From NCBI RefSeq assembly GCF_000039765.1, contig NC_004459.3, forward strand, positions 630,001 through 662,000: a DNA stretch of 32,000 bases, read 5' to 3'. This document shows positions 21,316 through 30,790 of this stretch, piece after piece. The translations under genes were made by a program, and so were the position numbers. Each line of letters opens with the position of its first letter. Positions within the stretch are counted from its first letter, which is position 1. This DNA comes from Vibrio vulnificus CMCP6. GTDB lineage: Bacteria > Pseudomonadota > Gammaproteobacteria > Enterobacterales > Vibrionaceae. Under the pieces are notes generated by a model. The model saw only the letters and a list, made by a program, of their open reading frames with translations. It had not been told where the DNA came from and made no database searches.

Positions 21316-21366
21316 GCGTCACAAAAGCGTCATTAAAGGCCAATCTTGCTGAAGCCTGACTGTCAT
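21316..21366 (+). promoter_or_regulatory. Candidate Pho box upstream of the olsF-like gene
   Basis: GCGTCAC-AAAA-GCGTCAT (21316-21333; 7+4+7 architecture), and a further CTGTCAT half-site at 21360-21366, exactly 33 nt (3 x 11) after the second half-site. Confidence 0.5.
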
Positions 21367-21412
21367 CTCTTACGATTAGCATGAGGATCAGAAACCCAGA
21401 TTCGAGGTCTTT

Positions 21413-23170
21413 ATGGCAATCAACAGTCCTTTTCGTCTTCCACGTAAAACGCCTTTTGGCATTGGAGAAAATGTTGCTGAATGGATGACGGGGCTGAGCA
21501 AATTGGATAAGTTTTATGCTCAGCGTCCACCTCACTGTGACACTCAAACCTTTCTACGCTATACCCTTGAAGTTCTGGGTATTGATTATCAGATAGTCAA
21601 AGGCTCGCTTGCGAACGTCCCACAGATTGGCCCAACGGTGGTGGTGGCTAATCATCCGTTAGGCTGCGTTGAAGGGGTGATTCTTGCTGAACTCTTGCTG
21701 ATGATGCGGGAGGATGTTCAGATCCTTGCCAACCAATATCTCAAAACCGTTCCTGAGTTGGATACGCTCTTTATTGGCGTGGATGTATTTGATTCCCAGC
21801 AGGCAGCAAAGTCCAACATGAAGGCGCTACGCGATGCAAACAAGCATCTCGCTCAAGGAGGGTTACTCTTAGTTTTTCCTGCCGGTGAGGTATCACAACT
21901 TGTTGATAGAAAGCAAAAACGCTTAGAAGATAAAGAGTGGAGTCGTTCTGTCAGCGCTCTGATCCGCAGACATAAAGCGCATGCTCTGCCTGTGTTTATC
22001 GACGGGCAGAACTCACAACGCTTTTATCTTGCAGGCAAGATTCACCCTCTCTTGCGCACGCTGATGTTAGGGCGTGAATTACTCAATAAGAAGCAGCAAG
22101 CGATTCCAATTGCCATTGGTCAGCCAATCAAATTCAAAGAAGTACAACATTTGACGGATGAGCAGCTAGTCAGTTATTTGCGTTTAAACACGTATTTACT
22201 CAGCGCTGAACCACCACTTCACCCCCCAATGGATCACGACACCAATCCCCCTCTAGCCCCGATTGCTGAGCCATTAGAAAAGCAAAAGTGGTTATTGGAT
22301 CTGGCGATGCTCCCTGAAGATGCTTTATTGCTTCGCCAAGGTAATTTTAGTGTCTATTGCACCACTGCCAAATATATTCCTTCGATTCTGCATGAGATCG
22401 GCCGACAACGAGAGATCAATTTTCGCGCTGTAGGGGAAGGGACGGGTTATGCGATCGACATCGATCGTTTTGATCACCATTATCATCATCTGTTTGTCTG
22501 GGATGATGAAAACCAGCACCTGGTTGGGGCTTATCGCCTCGGTTTAGTGGACAAACTGCTGGAAAAATCTGGATTGGATGGGCTCTATTCGCGCACATTA
22601 TTCGACTATGACGCACCCTTTCTTACCCAGTTAGGCCAGTCGATTGAGATGGGACGCTCTGTGATCACCTCCCCCTACCAGCGCAGCATGAATGCACTTT
22701 TGCTCCTGTGGAAGGGAATTGCGACCTTTGTCTCTCAACATCCGCAATACACGCATTTGTTTGGGCCGGTCAGCATCAGCAACGATTACAGCCCCACTGC
22801 AAGACAACTGCTCGCTCAATCCATGACGCTGCACCATTATGATGCTGCCAGCGCCGAGCTCGTCAAACCACTTAATCCCATTCCCGATCATCATCCCAAA
22901 TGGAACACCAGCATGCTAACGGCACTTGGTGATTTGCAACTGCTGTCTCGAGTGATTTCTCGTATTGATGAAGGTAAAGGGGTGCCCGTTTTGCTAAGAC
23001 AATACTTAGGGCTGAATGGCAAATTGGTGTGCTTTAATGTCGACCCTGCGTTTAACAATGCGTTGGATGGCATGATTGTGGTGGATCTGCGTGATGTGCC
23101 CGAAAAAACGCTAGGCAAATACATGACGCCAGCTAAAGCACGGCACTATCTCTCACTTCATCAAGCATGA
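21413..23170 (+). CDS. olsF: Two-domain acyltransferase: N-terminal PlsC/OlsA-like lysophospholipid acyltransferase, C-terminal GNAT/OlsB-like domain; probable ornithine lipid synthase OlsF
   Basis: ORF 585 aa; 'VVVANHPLGCVEGVILAELL', 'LVFPAGEVS', 'HALPVFIDGQN' (acyltransferase half), then 'REINFRAVGEGTGYAIDIDRFDHHYHHLFVWDDENQHLVGAYRLG' and 'EMGRSVITSPYQRSMNALLLLWKGI' (OlsB/hemolysin-type half). Neighbourhood fits V. cholerae VC0489, from memory. Confidence 0.8.
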   Translation: MAINSPFRLPRKTPFGIGENVAEWMTGLSKLDKFYAQRPPHCDTQTFLRYTLEVLGIDYQIVKGSLANVPQIGPTVVVANHPLGCVEGVILAELLLMMREDVQILANQYLKTVPELDTLFIGVDVFDSQQAAKSNMKALRDANKHLAQGGLLLVFPAGEVSQLVDRKQKRLEDKEWSRSVSALIRRHKAHALPVFIDGQNSQRFYLAGKIHPLLRTLMLGRELLNKKQQAIPIAIGQPIKFKEVQHLTDEQLVSYLRLNTYLLSAEPPLHPPMDHDTNPPLAPIAEPLEKQKWLLDLAMLPEDALLLRQGNFSVYCTTAKYIPSILHEIGRQREINFRAVGEGTGYAIDIDRFDHHYHHLFVWDDENQHLVGAYRLGLVDKLLEKSGLDGLYSRTLFDYDAPFLTQLGQSIEMGRSVITSPYQRSMNALLLLWKGIATFVSQHPQYTHLFGPVSISNDYSPTARQLLAQSMTLHHYDAASAELVKPLNPIPDHHPKWNTSMLTALGDLQLLSRVISRIDEGKGVPVLLRQYLGLNGKLVCFNVDPAFNNALDGMIVVDLRDVPEKTLGKYMTPAKARHYLSLHQA

Positions 23171-23432
23171 ATTGATGGCTTTTGGTCACGTATGCATTGC
23201 CATGTCGTGACCTAAGCAGCAGTTTTACAATCAGAGTAATCCTCTTAAAGCACGAGCGCCAGGCGGCCAAAGTACTGAGCAGGACCGTTAAATCACCGAT
23301 ACTCCGTGCATATTTTGTTCACTATGACAGATATTCGTCTTATCACAGTCCATTAGACTGTTTTTTATTCTATTGACGAAAAAATCATCTAATTTGAATC
23401 TGTTGGCAAACAACAACACAAACGAGGACGTC

Positions 23433-24515
23433 ATGCCGACAATCAAGCCCAACCGCTCTTTTCTGAAACGTGCGATTATCGCTTCCACTGCCCTGCTCTC
23501 TTTTTCACTTTTTGCTGCAGAAGAAGTGTATCGCTTAAAACTGGCTGAAACTTGGGGCCCGAATACGCCGATACTCGGTGACGCATCAAAAAACATGGCT
23601 AAGCTCGCTGAAGAAATGTCAAACGGTCGTTTACAGATTCGCATCGATTCAGCCAACAAGCACAAAGCACCATTGGGTGTGTTTGATATGGTCAAGTCTG
23701 GTCAATATGATCTTGGCCACTCCAGCTCTTATTATTGGAAAGGGAAGGTCCCCAACACGCTCTATTTCTCTTCGATGCCCTTTGGCATGATCACCACGGA
23801 GCAGTACGCTTGGTTCTATTACGGTGGTGGTATGGAACTGATGCAAAAAGTTTATGCTCCGCACAATTTGCTCTCATTTCCTGGCGGAAACTCAGATATC
23901 CAAATGGGTGGCTGGTTTAAGAAAGAGATCAATTCCGTTGAAGATTTGAAAGGGTTGAAAATGCGTATCCCCGGTTTTGCGGGCGAAGTGCTGGCACGAG
24001 TTGGCGCTAAACCGACCAATATTGCGCCGGGAGAACTCTACACATCACTCGAACGTGGCACAATTGACGCATTGGAGTGGGTGGGTCCTGCGTTTGACTT
24101 GCGTATGGGTTTTCACAAAATCGCGCCCTACTACTATACCGCGTGGCATGAGCCGGGCTCAGAAACACAGTTTTTAGTGAATAAGAAGACCTGGGAGACA
24201 TTACCCAAAGATCTGCAAGTGATCTTAGAAACCGCCTTCCGTGTGGCGGCGTTTGATATGTACAACCAAGCGATCGATGCCAATGCCAATAGCTGGGCAA
24301 CCATGCAAAGCGAATACCCAGACATCAAGGTGCGCGATTTTCCGCCTGTTGTGTTACAAGCCATGCGACAAGCAACCAATGAGTTGTTAGAGGAAGAAGC
24401 AGCCAAAGATCCGCTCGCGAAAGAGATCATCACTTCACAAGAAAACTACCTGAAGAAAGTGCGTGCTTGGACGGCGATCTCCGCCAAAGCGTATTTGGAT
24501 ACTAACCCGCAGTAG
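23433..24515 (+). CDS. TRAP transporter substrate-binding protein, DctP family (orphan)
   Basis: From ATG 23433: 'MPTIKPNRSFLKRAIIASTALLSFSLFAAEE' signal peptide, then 'YRLKLAETWGPNTPILGDASKNMAKLAEEMSNGRLQI' and 'LKGLKMRIPGFAGEVLARVGAKPTNIAPGELYTSLERGTIDALEWVGP'. No DctQ/DctM genes adjacent. Confidence 0.93.
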   Translation: MPTIKPNRSFLKRAIIASTALLSFSLFAAEEVYRLKLAETWGPNTPILGDASKNMAKLAEEMSNGRLQIRIDSANKHKAPLGVFDMVKSGQYDLGHSSSYYWKGKVPNTLYFSSMPFGMITTEQYAWFYYGGGMELMQKVYAPHNLLSFPGGNSDIQMGGWFKKEINSVEDLKGLKMRIPGFAGEVLARVGAKPTNIAPGELYTSLERGTIDALEWVGPAFDLRMGFHKIAPYYYTAWHEPGSETQFLVNKKTWETLPKDLQVILETAFRVAAFDMYNQAIDANANSWATMQSEYPDIKVRDFPPVVLQAMRQATNELLEEEAAKDPLAKEIITSQENYLKKVRAWTAISAKAYLDTNPQ

Positions 24516-24532
24516 CTCACTCAACCCAGCCC

Positions 24533-24559
24533 AAAAGAAGCACCAAGCGTGCTTCTTTT
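24533..24559 (+). terminator. Terminator after the TRAP binding-protein gene
   Basis: AAAAGAAGCAC-caagc-GTGCTTCTTTT. Confidence 0.85.
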
Positions 24560-24645
24560 CTTCACTGTATTCTGTCAAAAAATTACAGCCAAACCAAAAC
24601 AGTGACCTTTATCACCACATCCGACAAAGCCACTCAAAATACAAT

Positions 24646-24661
24646 TGTGACAAAAATCACT
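24646..24661 (+). promoter_or_regulatory. Candidate CRP site upstream of mtlA
   Basis: TGTGA-CAAAAA-TCACT, 9 of 10 consensus core positions. Confidence 0.65.
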
Positions 24662-24696
24662 CAAAAATCTTAATTAGAGCTCAAAAAGAAGATTTT

Positions 24697-24712
24697 AATG
24701 ATCAGTGTCACA
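24697..24712 (-). promoter_or_regulatory. Candidate CRP site upstream of mtlA
   Basis: On minus: TGTGA-CACTGA-TCATT. Confidence 0.5.
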
Positions 24713-24767
24713 ATTTATTTTTATTTCAAATTTAACAAAACGAGACAAAGATCAACAACAAAAGATT

Positions 24768-24796
24768 TGACAAATAACCAAAGCGCAATTTGTTAT
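24768..24796 (+). promoter_or_regulatory. Candidate sigma-70 promoter for mtlA
   Basis: TTGACA (24768-24773), 17-nt spacer, TGTTAT (24791-24796). Confidence 0.45.
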
Positions 24797-24814
24797 TAAC
24801 TTACAACTCAATAA

Positions 24815-24830
24815 AGTGAGAAAAATCACG
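24815..24830 (+). promoter_or_regulatory. Candidate CRP site in the mtlA leader region
   Basis: AGTGA-GAAAAA-TCACG. Confidence 0.5.
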
Positions 24831-24993
24831 TAAAAAACGCTTGCGAATGGAAAAATCAGGAGGGGGATCACGAAAAACCCGCTATCAGTTCTAATAGAAA
24901 AATATGTGGTAGATTGATTGAGAACTAAGCAATCAAACGGTTTTGGCGAACCGTTACTACAACATTCATCAGAACATCAAACGGGGAATTCGT

Positions 24994-26946
24994 ATGATAT
25001 CACCAGATGCAAAGATCAAGATACAAAATTTTGGTCGTTTCTTGTCTAACATGGTTATGCCCAACATCGGGGCATTTATTGCGTGGGGCTTTATTACTGC
25101 CCTATTTATTCCGACTGGCTGGCTGCCAAATGAAACGCTGGCGGCAATGGTTGGACCAATGATCACTTATCTACTGCCACTGCTCATCGGTTATACCGGT
25201 GGTAAGCTTGTCGGCGGAGACCGAGGTGCGGTTGTCGGTGCGATTACCACAATGGGTGTGATTGTCGGCACTGACATCCCGATGTTCATGGGGGCAATGA
25301 TGGTCGGCCCTATGGGTGGTTGGGCGATCAAACGATTCGACAATTACATTGATGGCAAAGTCAAAAGTGGCTTTGAGATGTTGGTGAACAACTTCTCTGC
25401 CGGCATTATTGGCATGCTGTGTGCGATTCTCGCCTTCTTCTTTATCGGGCCATTTGTCAAAGTCCTTTCTGGCGGGTTAGCGGCTGGCGTCAACTTCCTG
25501 GTCTCTGCGCACCTCCTTCCTTTGACCTCTGTTTTTGTTGAGCCTGCGAAGATCTTGTTCCTCAACAATGCCATTAACCACGGTATTTTTTCTCCACTGG
25601 GCATCCAACAGGCTTCAGAAGCTGGCCAATCGATTTTCTTCCTCATTGAAGCAAACCCTGGTCCTGGACTCGGTATTCTTCTCGCCTACATGGTGTTTGG
25701 TAAAGGTACAGCACGTCAGACGGCAGGTGGTGCTTCGATCATCCATTTCTTTGGTGGGATCCACGAAATCTATTTCCCTTATATTTTGATGAATCCACGC
25801 CTGATCCTTGCCGCAATCGCGGGTGGTATGACTGGGGTATTTGTCCTGACGGTATTCAATGCTGGGATTGTTTCACCCGCCTCTCCAGGTTCTATTTTCG
25901 CGATTCTCCTAATGACGCAAAAAGCCTCTATCCTCGGCGTATTAGCGTCCATTGCTTCAGCAACCGGTGTCTCTTTTGCTGTCGCTGCATTACTGATGAA
26001 AACACAAACATCGACAGAAGAGGAAGGCGACGAAGCTGCATTGGAAAAAGCCACTTCACAGATGAAGAACATGAAATCGGCGTCAAAAGGGCGTGCTAAT
26101 GTCACCAACCAAAACAAAAGTGATGTAGACCTAGCAACCGTGCACAGCATTATTGTGGCGTGCGATGCAGGAATGGGCTCCAGTGCCATGGGGGCGAGCA
26201 TGCTGCGTAAAAAAATTCAGGATGCGGGGCTCAACATCCATGTGACTAACCTTGCAATTAACAGCTTACCAGAGAGCGCCGACATTGTGATTACGCATAA
26301 AGATCTTACGGATCGTGCACGTAAGCACGCACCGAATGCTTACCACATTTCACTAACCAACTTCCTAGACAGTGAAATGTACAATCAACTCGTGACCAAG
26401 CTGTTTGCAGCGCAACAGCTGTCAGCAGCAAATGATGACAACGTCGTCAAAGTGTCTGTATTAGCTGCCAACGACGATACATTTGAAGCGCAACCACCCT
26501 CAGTCTTTCAAATCCAGCGTGAAAACATTCACCTAGGCCTGAAAGCGAATAGCAAAGAAGAAGCCATTCGTTTCGCTGGCAACAAACTGGTTGAGCTTGG
26601 CTACGCAGAACCTGAATATATAGAGGCGATGTTTGAACGCGAAGCCCTCGTCCCCACCTATCTTGGCGAATCCATTGCCGTGCCACATGGCACCGTGGAA
26701 GCGAAAGATCGCGTGAAAAAAACAGGCATTGTCATTTGCCAATACCCATCGGGTATCCAATTTACTGACGACAAAGACGATGTGGCCAAACTTGTGATTG
26801 GTATTGCAGCCAAGAACGATGAACACATCCAAGTGATTACCACTATTACCAACGCCCTTGATGAACCAGAAGCGATTGAGAGGCTCACCAGCACTGAAGA
26901 TATCGAAGAAATTCTAGACATCCTCGGTGGAAAACAAGCCGCTTAA
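24994..26946 (+). CDS. mtlA: PTS mannitol-specific transporter EIICBA
   Basis: Family-like start 'MISPDAKIKIQNFGRFLSNMVMPNIGAFIAWGFITALF' at 24994 (the track start at 24943 adds 17 residues); IIB 'IIVACDAGMGSSAMGASMLRKK'; IIA 'YLGESIAVPHGT'. Confidence 0.97.
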   Translation: MISPDAKIKIQNFGRFLSNMVMPNIGAFIAWGFITALFIPTGWLPNETLAAMVGPMITYLLPLLIGYTGGKLVGGDRGAVVGAITTMGVIVGTDIPMFMGAMMVGPMGGWAIKRFDNYIDGKVKSGFEMLVNNFSAGIIGMLCAILAFFFIGPFVKVLSGGLAAGVNFLVSAHLLPLTSVFVEPAKILFLNNAINHGIFSPLGIQQASEAGQSIFFLIEANPGPGLGILLAYMVFGKGTARQTAGGASIIHFFGGIHEIYFPYILMNPRLILAAIAGGMTGVFVLTVFNAGIVSPASPGSIFAILLMTQKASILGVLASIASATGVSFAVAALLMKTQTSTEEEGDEAALEKATSQMKNMKSASKGRANVTNQNKSDVDLATVHSIIVACDAGMGSSAMGASMLRKKIQDAGLNIHVTNLAINSLPESADIVITHKDLTDRARKHAPNAYHISLTNFLDSEMYNQLVTKLFAAQQLSAANDDNVVKVSVLAANDDTFEAQPPSVFQIQRENIHLGLKANSKEEAIRFAGNKLVELGYAEPEYIEAMFEREALVPTYLGESIAVPHGTVEAKDRVKKTGIVICQYPSGIQFTDDKDDVAKLVIGIAAKNDEHIQVITTITNALDEPEAIERLTSTEDIEEILDILGGKQAA

Positions 26947-27051
26947 TTCGTTCAACTTTTTGCTCCTGAGCAAAATCGAGGTCAACTGCTCCCCTATACG
27001 GTTGGCCTCACCCTAAGTTCATCATGCATTTTAAATTGGTAGGTAAGTATT

Positions 27052-28200
27052 ATGAAAAACGCAGTACATTTTGGTGCCGGTAACATTGGTCGCGGCTTTA
27101 TTGGTAAATTGTTGGCTGATGCCAATGTTGCAGTGACGTTCGCTGATGTCGATGCTCCTTTGGTTGATCAGTTGAGCCACAAGCAAGAGTACAAAGTCAA
27201 AGTGGTCGGCAGTGAATGCCAAATTGATACCGTTACCCATGTCACCGCTGTTAATTCGGCCAGTGAAGAGGTGATTGATCGCATCGTCCAGACGGATTTA
27301 GTCACCACCGCAGTGGGACCGAATGTGTTGGATATCATAGCCAAAACCATTGCCCAAGGGATTGCAAAACGCTTTGCCGCTGGCAATCTGGCACCACTTA
27401 ATATTATTGCTTGCGAGAATATGGTTCGTGGCACAACTCACTTAAAAGGGGAAGTGTACAAACATCTCGATGCATCCTTACACGCCCAAGCTGACGAGCT
27501 TGTTGGCTTTGTTGACTCCGCAGTGGATCGCATTGTGCCCCCAGCAGAAGCCGCTAACGATGATCCTCTGGAAGTCACCGTTGAAAGCTTCAGTGAATGG
27601 ATTGTCGATGAGCAGCAATTTAAAGGCGAAGTGCCATCCATTGCCGGGATGGAAAAGACCCATAACCTCATGGCTTTTGTTGAACGCAAACTGTTTACCT
27701 TAAATACTGGCCATTGCATTACTGCGTACTTAGGTTGCTTACAAGGCCACCGAACTATTCGAGAAGCGATTGAAAATCCAGCCATTCGTGACCAAGTCAA
27801 ACAGGCAATGATGGAAAGTGGTGAAGTGCTGATTCGTCGCTACGGTTTTGATCGTGAGATGCACCAAGCCTACATCGAGAAGATCTTGGCGCGTTTTGCC
27901 AATCCATTCTTAGTGGATGAAGTGGACCGCGTTGGTCGCCAACCTATTCGCAAACTTGGTATGAATGATAGATTAATCAAACCATTACTGGGTACAATTG
28001 AGTTCGGCACGGCAAATCAGCATCTCTTAAAAGGCATCGCTGCCGCGTTAAAATATCAAAATGACAGTGATCCACAGGCCGTGGAATTACAGCGCTCACT
28101 GCAGCAAGTTGGCGTGAAAAAAACGTTGGCAAAATACACAAGCCTTGCAGAGGACAGTGTTGAGGTTGCAAAGATTGAAACTCTTTACAACCAACTTTAA
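27052..28200 (+). CDS. mtlD: Mannitol-1-phosphate 5-dehydrogenase
   Basis: ORF 382 aa; '[34 protein letters not shown]'. Confidence 0.98.
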   Translation: MKNAVHFGAGNIGRGFIGKLLADANVAVTFADVDAPLVDQLSHKQEYKVKVVGSECQIDTVTHVTAVNSASEEVIDRIVQTDLVTTAVGPNVLDIIAKTIAQGIAKRFAAGNLAPLNIIACENMVRGTTHLKGEVYKHLDASLHAQADELVGFVDSAVDRIVPPAEAANDDPLEVTVESFSEWIVDEQQFKGEVPSIAGMEKTHNLMAFVERKLFTLNTGHCITAYLGCLQGHRTIREAIENPAIRDQVKQAMMESGEVLIRRYGFDREMHQAYIEKILARFANPFLVDEVDRVGRQPIRKLGMNDRLIKPLLGTIEFGTANQHLLKGIAAALKYQNDSDPQAVELQRSLQQVGVKKTLAKYTSLAEDSVEVAKIETLYNQL

Positions 28201-28207
28201 TCAGTAG

Positions 28208-28224
28208 GGGGAGCTATGCTCCCC
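28208..28224 (+). other. Intercistronic hairpin between mtlD and mtlR
   Basis: GGGGAGC-tat-GCTCCCC perfect 7-bp stem directly after the mtlD stop codon, not followed by a T-run. Confidence 0.6.
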
Positions 28225-28256
28225 TCAAATATAAAAAAGATATATTGATTCAGTTT

Positions 28257-28787
28257 ATGGCAGAGCATACAAACGAAAGTGACATCATTGAACGATTAAA
28301 TCACGCCCCCAGTGTACGCGGTTTTTTTGTTGAGACCGTCGACATCCTTACCGAGGCCGTCGATGGCTTGGTACAACGAATTTTTCGCAAAGATAATTTT
28401 GCGGTGCAATCTGTCGTTGGGCCGCTTTTGCAGGACTCTGGTCCATTAGGTGATGTTTCTGTACGCTTAAAACTGCTCTTTGGTTTAGGCGTGTTATCAG
28501 ATCATCACTATCACGATATTGAAGACATCATTAAGCTCAAAAACAAACTCAACAGTGATAGCACAGAATACGAGTTTACCGATCCCCAAATACTCGAACC
28601 GATTAAGAAACTTCATCTCGTGCAGAAAATGGGCATGGTGCAACTTGAAGTCGATGACCCTGATGACGATATCGAGCTGAGTTTTTATCAGCTTCAACTG
28701 CAAAGAAAGCAACAAATCATCCGCTCTGGTCTCTCACTCGCCATTGTCGAAATCTGTCATGAATTGGGCAAGGACAGCCCATTTTAG
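28257..28787 (+). CDS. mtlR: Mannitol operon repressor MtlR
   Basis: 'MAEHTNESDIIERLNHAPSVRGFFVETVDILTEAVDGLVQRIFRKDNFAVQSVVGPLLQDSGPLGDVSVRLKLLFGLG'; position after mtlAD. The track start is 28245. Confidence 0.95.
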   Translation: MAEHTNESDIIERLNHAPSVRGFFVETVDILTEAVDGLVQRIFRKDNFAVQSVVGPLLQDSGPLGDVSVRLKLLFGLGVLSDHHYHDIEDIIKLKNKLNSDSTEYEFTDPQILEPIKKLHLVQKMGMVQLEVDDPDDDIELSFYQLQLQRKQQIIRSGLSLAIVEICHELGKDSPF

Positions 28788-28844
28788 TCTTATCTCTTTT
28801 AAACCGACTTCCCTTTCCTCTGCACCTCTGCGTTAAAACAAAAA

Positions 28845-28868
28845 AGCCGAGGTGACAACACCTCGGCT
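28845..28868 (-). terminator. Terminator for glmS (possibly bidirectional with mtlR)
   Basis: AGCCGAGGTG-acaa-CACCTCGGCT with A5+ on the left (T-run on minus). Confidence 0.85.
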
Positions 28869-28889
28869 CATCGCATTCTTTCAAAACGA

Positions 28890-30722
28890 TTATTCTACCG
28901 TGACCGCTTTCGCTAGGTTACGAGGTTGGTCAACGTCCGTTCCTTTGATCAACGCCACGTAGTACGAGAGCAATTGCATTGGAATGGTGTAGTAGATTGC
29001 TGCAGTGATTTCACTCACGTGAGGCATAGTGATGATCTTCATGGTTTCATCGCCCTCGAACCCTGCGTCCGCATCCGCAAATACATACAAAAGACCACCG
29101 CGTGCACGCACTTCTTCAACGTTAGATTTTAACTTCTCGAGAAGATCGTTACTTGGCGCGACTACCACCACAGGCATGTCTGCATCAATCAACGCAAGAG
29201 GACCGTGTTTAAGCTCACCCGCCGCGTACGCTTCAGCGTGAATGTAAGAGATTTCTTTCAGTTTCAAAGACGCTTCCATTGCAATGGGATAGAACTCACC
29301 ACGACCAAGGAACAAGGTGTGGTGCTTATCTGCAAAATCTGTCGCCAAGGCTTCAATGTCTTTTTCAAAAGAGAGTGCTGCGTTGATTTGCTTAGGTAAC
29401 GCGTGCAACGCTTCTACGATCTCTTTTTCCTTTTCTTTACTGATACGGCCTTGTTGTTTACCCAGCGCCGTCACCAGCATAAGTAGAGCGGCCAATTGGG
29501 TTGTAAACGCCTTGGTAGAAGCGACACCAATCTCCACCCCTGCACGAGTCATAAAGGCAAAGTCAGATTCACGGACCAAAGATGACCCCGCCACGTTACA
29601 GATGGTCATGGCCGCCATATACCCTTTTTCTTTTGCTAGTCGCAAAGCTGCAAGAGTATCCGCCGTTTCACCCGATTGAGATAACGTAATAAGCAGGCTG
29701 TTTGGACGAGTCACAAACTTGCGGTAGCGAAATTCCGAAGCAATTTCCACATCACAGCTCACACCAGCAATGTCTTCGAACCAGTAACGCGCTGTCATGC
29801 CCGCATTGTAAGAGGTACCACATGCGACGATCTGAACGTGCTCAACTTTGCTTAGGATCTCAGCTGCATTAACACCAATGGCTTCAGTCACCACGGAATC
29901 TGCGGTAATACGCCCTTCCATGGTGTTGATCAGTGCCGTCGGCTGCTCGTAAATTTCTTTTTGCATGAAGTGACGGTATTGACCTTTATCACCCGCATCA
30001 TGCTCAGCGTTTGATTCGGCAATCTCACGCTCAACACGCTCACCCGATGCATCATATACCGCAACCTCACGGCGCGTAATTTCTGCAACGTCCCCTTCTT
30101 CTAGGTACATAAAGCGGCGAGTTACGTTAAGCAGTGCCAGTTGGTCGGAAGCAAGGAAGTTTTCACCCACACCAAAACCAATCACAATCGGACTACCAGA
30201 ACGAGCCACCACGATGCGCGAAGGATCGTTACGATCCAAGACAACCGTGCCGTAAGCACCTTCCAATTGTTTAACGGTTTTTTGTACGGCTTCAAGTAAT
30301 GACGCTGCGGTACGCAATTCCCACTCAACCAAGTGAGCAATCACTTCAGTATCCGTTTGAGATTCAAACACATAGCCACGAGATTGCAACAACTCACGTA
30401 GCGTTTCATGGTTTTCAATAATGCCGTTATGTACCACGCTGATGTCGCCCGACTGATGTGGGTGCGCGTTGATCTCAGAAGGCTCACCATGAGTCGCCCA
30501 ACGCGTGTGCGCGATCCCCGTCCCACCAACGACCTCGGCTTGATCCACAGCATCCGCCAATTCTTGTACTTTACCCAAGCGACGAATTCGAGTTAGGTTG
30601 GATTGGCTATCAACCACTGCAACACCCGCAGAGTCATAACCGCGGTATTCTAAACGACGTAGACCTTCAACCAAGATCTCTGCGACATCACGCTGTGCAA
30701 CAGCACCAACGATTCCACACAT
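28890..30722 (-). CDS. glmS: Glutamine--fructose-6-phosphate aminotransferase (isomerizing)
   Basis: ORF 610 aa; '[37 protein letters not shown]', C-terminal '[15 protein letters not shown]'. Confidence 0.99.
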   Translation of the reverse strand: MCGIVGAVAQRDVAEILVEGLRRLEYRGYDSAGVAVVDSQSNLTRIRRLGKVQELADAVDQAEVVGGTGIAHTRWATHGEPSEINAHPHQSGDISVVHNGIIENHETLRELLQSRGYVFESQTDTEVIAHLVEWELRTAASLLEAVQKTVKQLEGAYGTVVLDRNDPSRIVVARSGSPIVIGFGVGENFLASDQLALLNVTRRFMYLEEGDVAEITRREVAVYDASGERVEREIAESNAEHDAGDKGQYRHFMQKEIYEQPTALINTMEGRITADSVVTEAIGVNAAEILSKVEHVQIVACGTSYNAGMTARYWFEDIAGVSCDVEIASEFRYRKFVTRPNSLLITLSQSGETADTLAALRLAKEKGYMAAMTICNVAGSSLVRESDFAFMTRAGVEIGVASTKAFTTQLAALLMLVTALGKQQGRISKEKEKEIVEALHALPKQINAALSFEKDIEALATDFADKHHTLFLGRGEFYPIAMEASLKLKEISYIHAEAYAAGELKHGPLALIDADMPVVVVAPSNDLLEKLKSNVEEVRARGGLLYVFADADAGFEGDETMKIITMPHVSEITAAIYYTIPMQLLSYYVALIKGTDVDQPRNLAKAVTVE

Positions 30723-30790
30723 GTTTTATCTCCATTTTTATTTTTTGCTTCCTCGTACTTCGCAAGCAAAAGTCGTTACGAGGAAAAAGA

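Noticed and set aside
20184-21412. Genomic island integrated at the tRNA 3' end
   Set aside because: No integrase, no direct repeat of the tRNA 3' end that I could see downstream, and the following genes look like ordinary core genes.
23187-23214. GGTCACG...CGTGACC inverted repeat after the olsF-like gene as a terminator
   Set aside because: 7-bp stem with a large (14-15 nt) loop and no T-tract; too weak to call.
24833-24845. Exact 3' end/terminator of an antisense MtlS RNA (minus-strand CGCAAGCG followed by T6)
   Set aside because: The inverted repeat is too short (3 bp with a 2-nt loop) to support a Rho-independent terminator, so I did not assign an ncRNA feature with coordinates.
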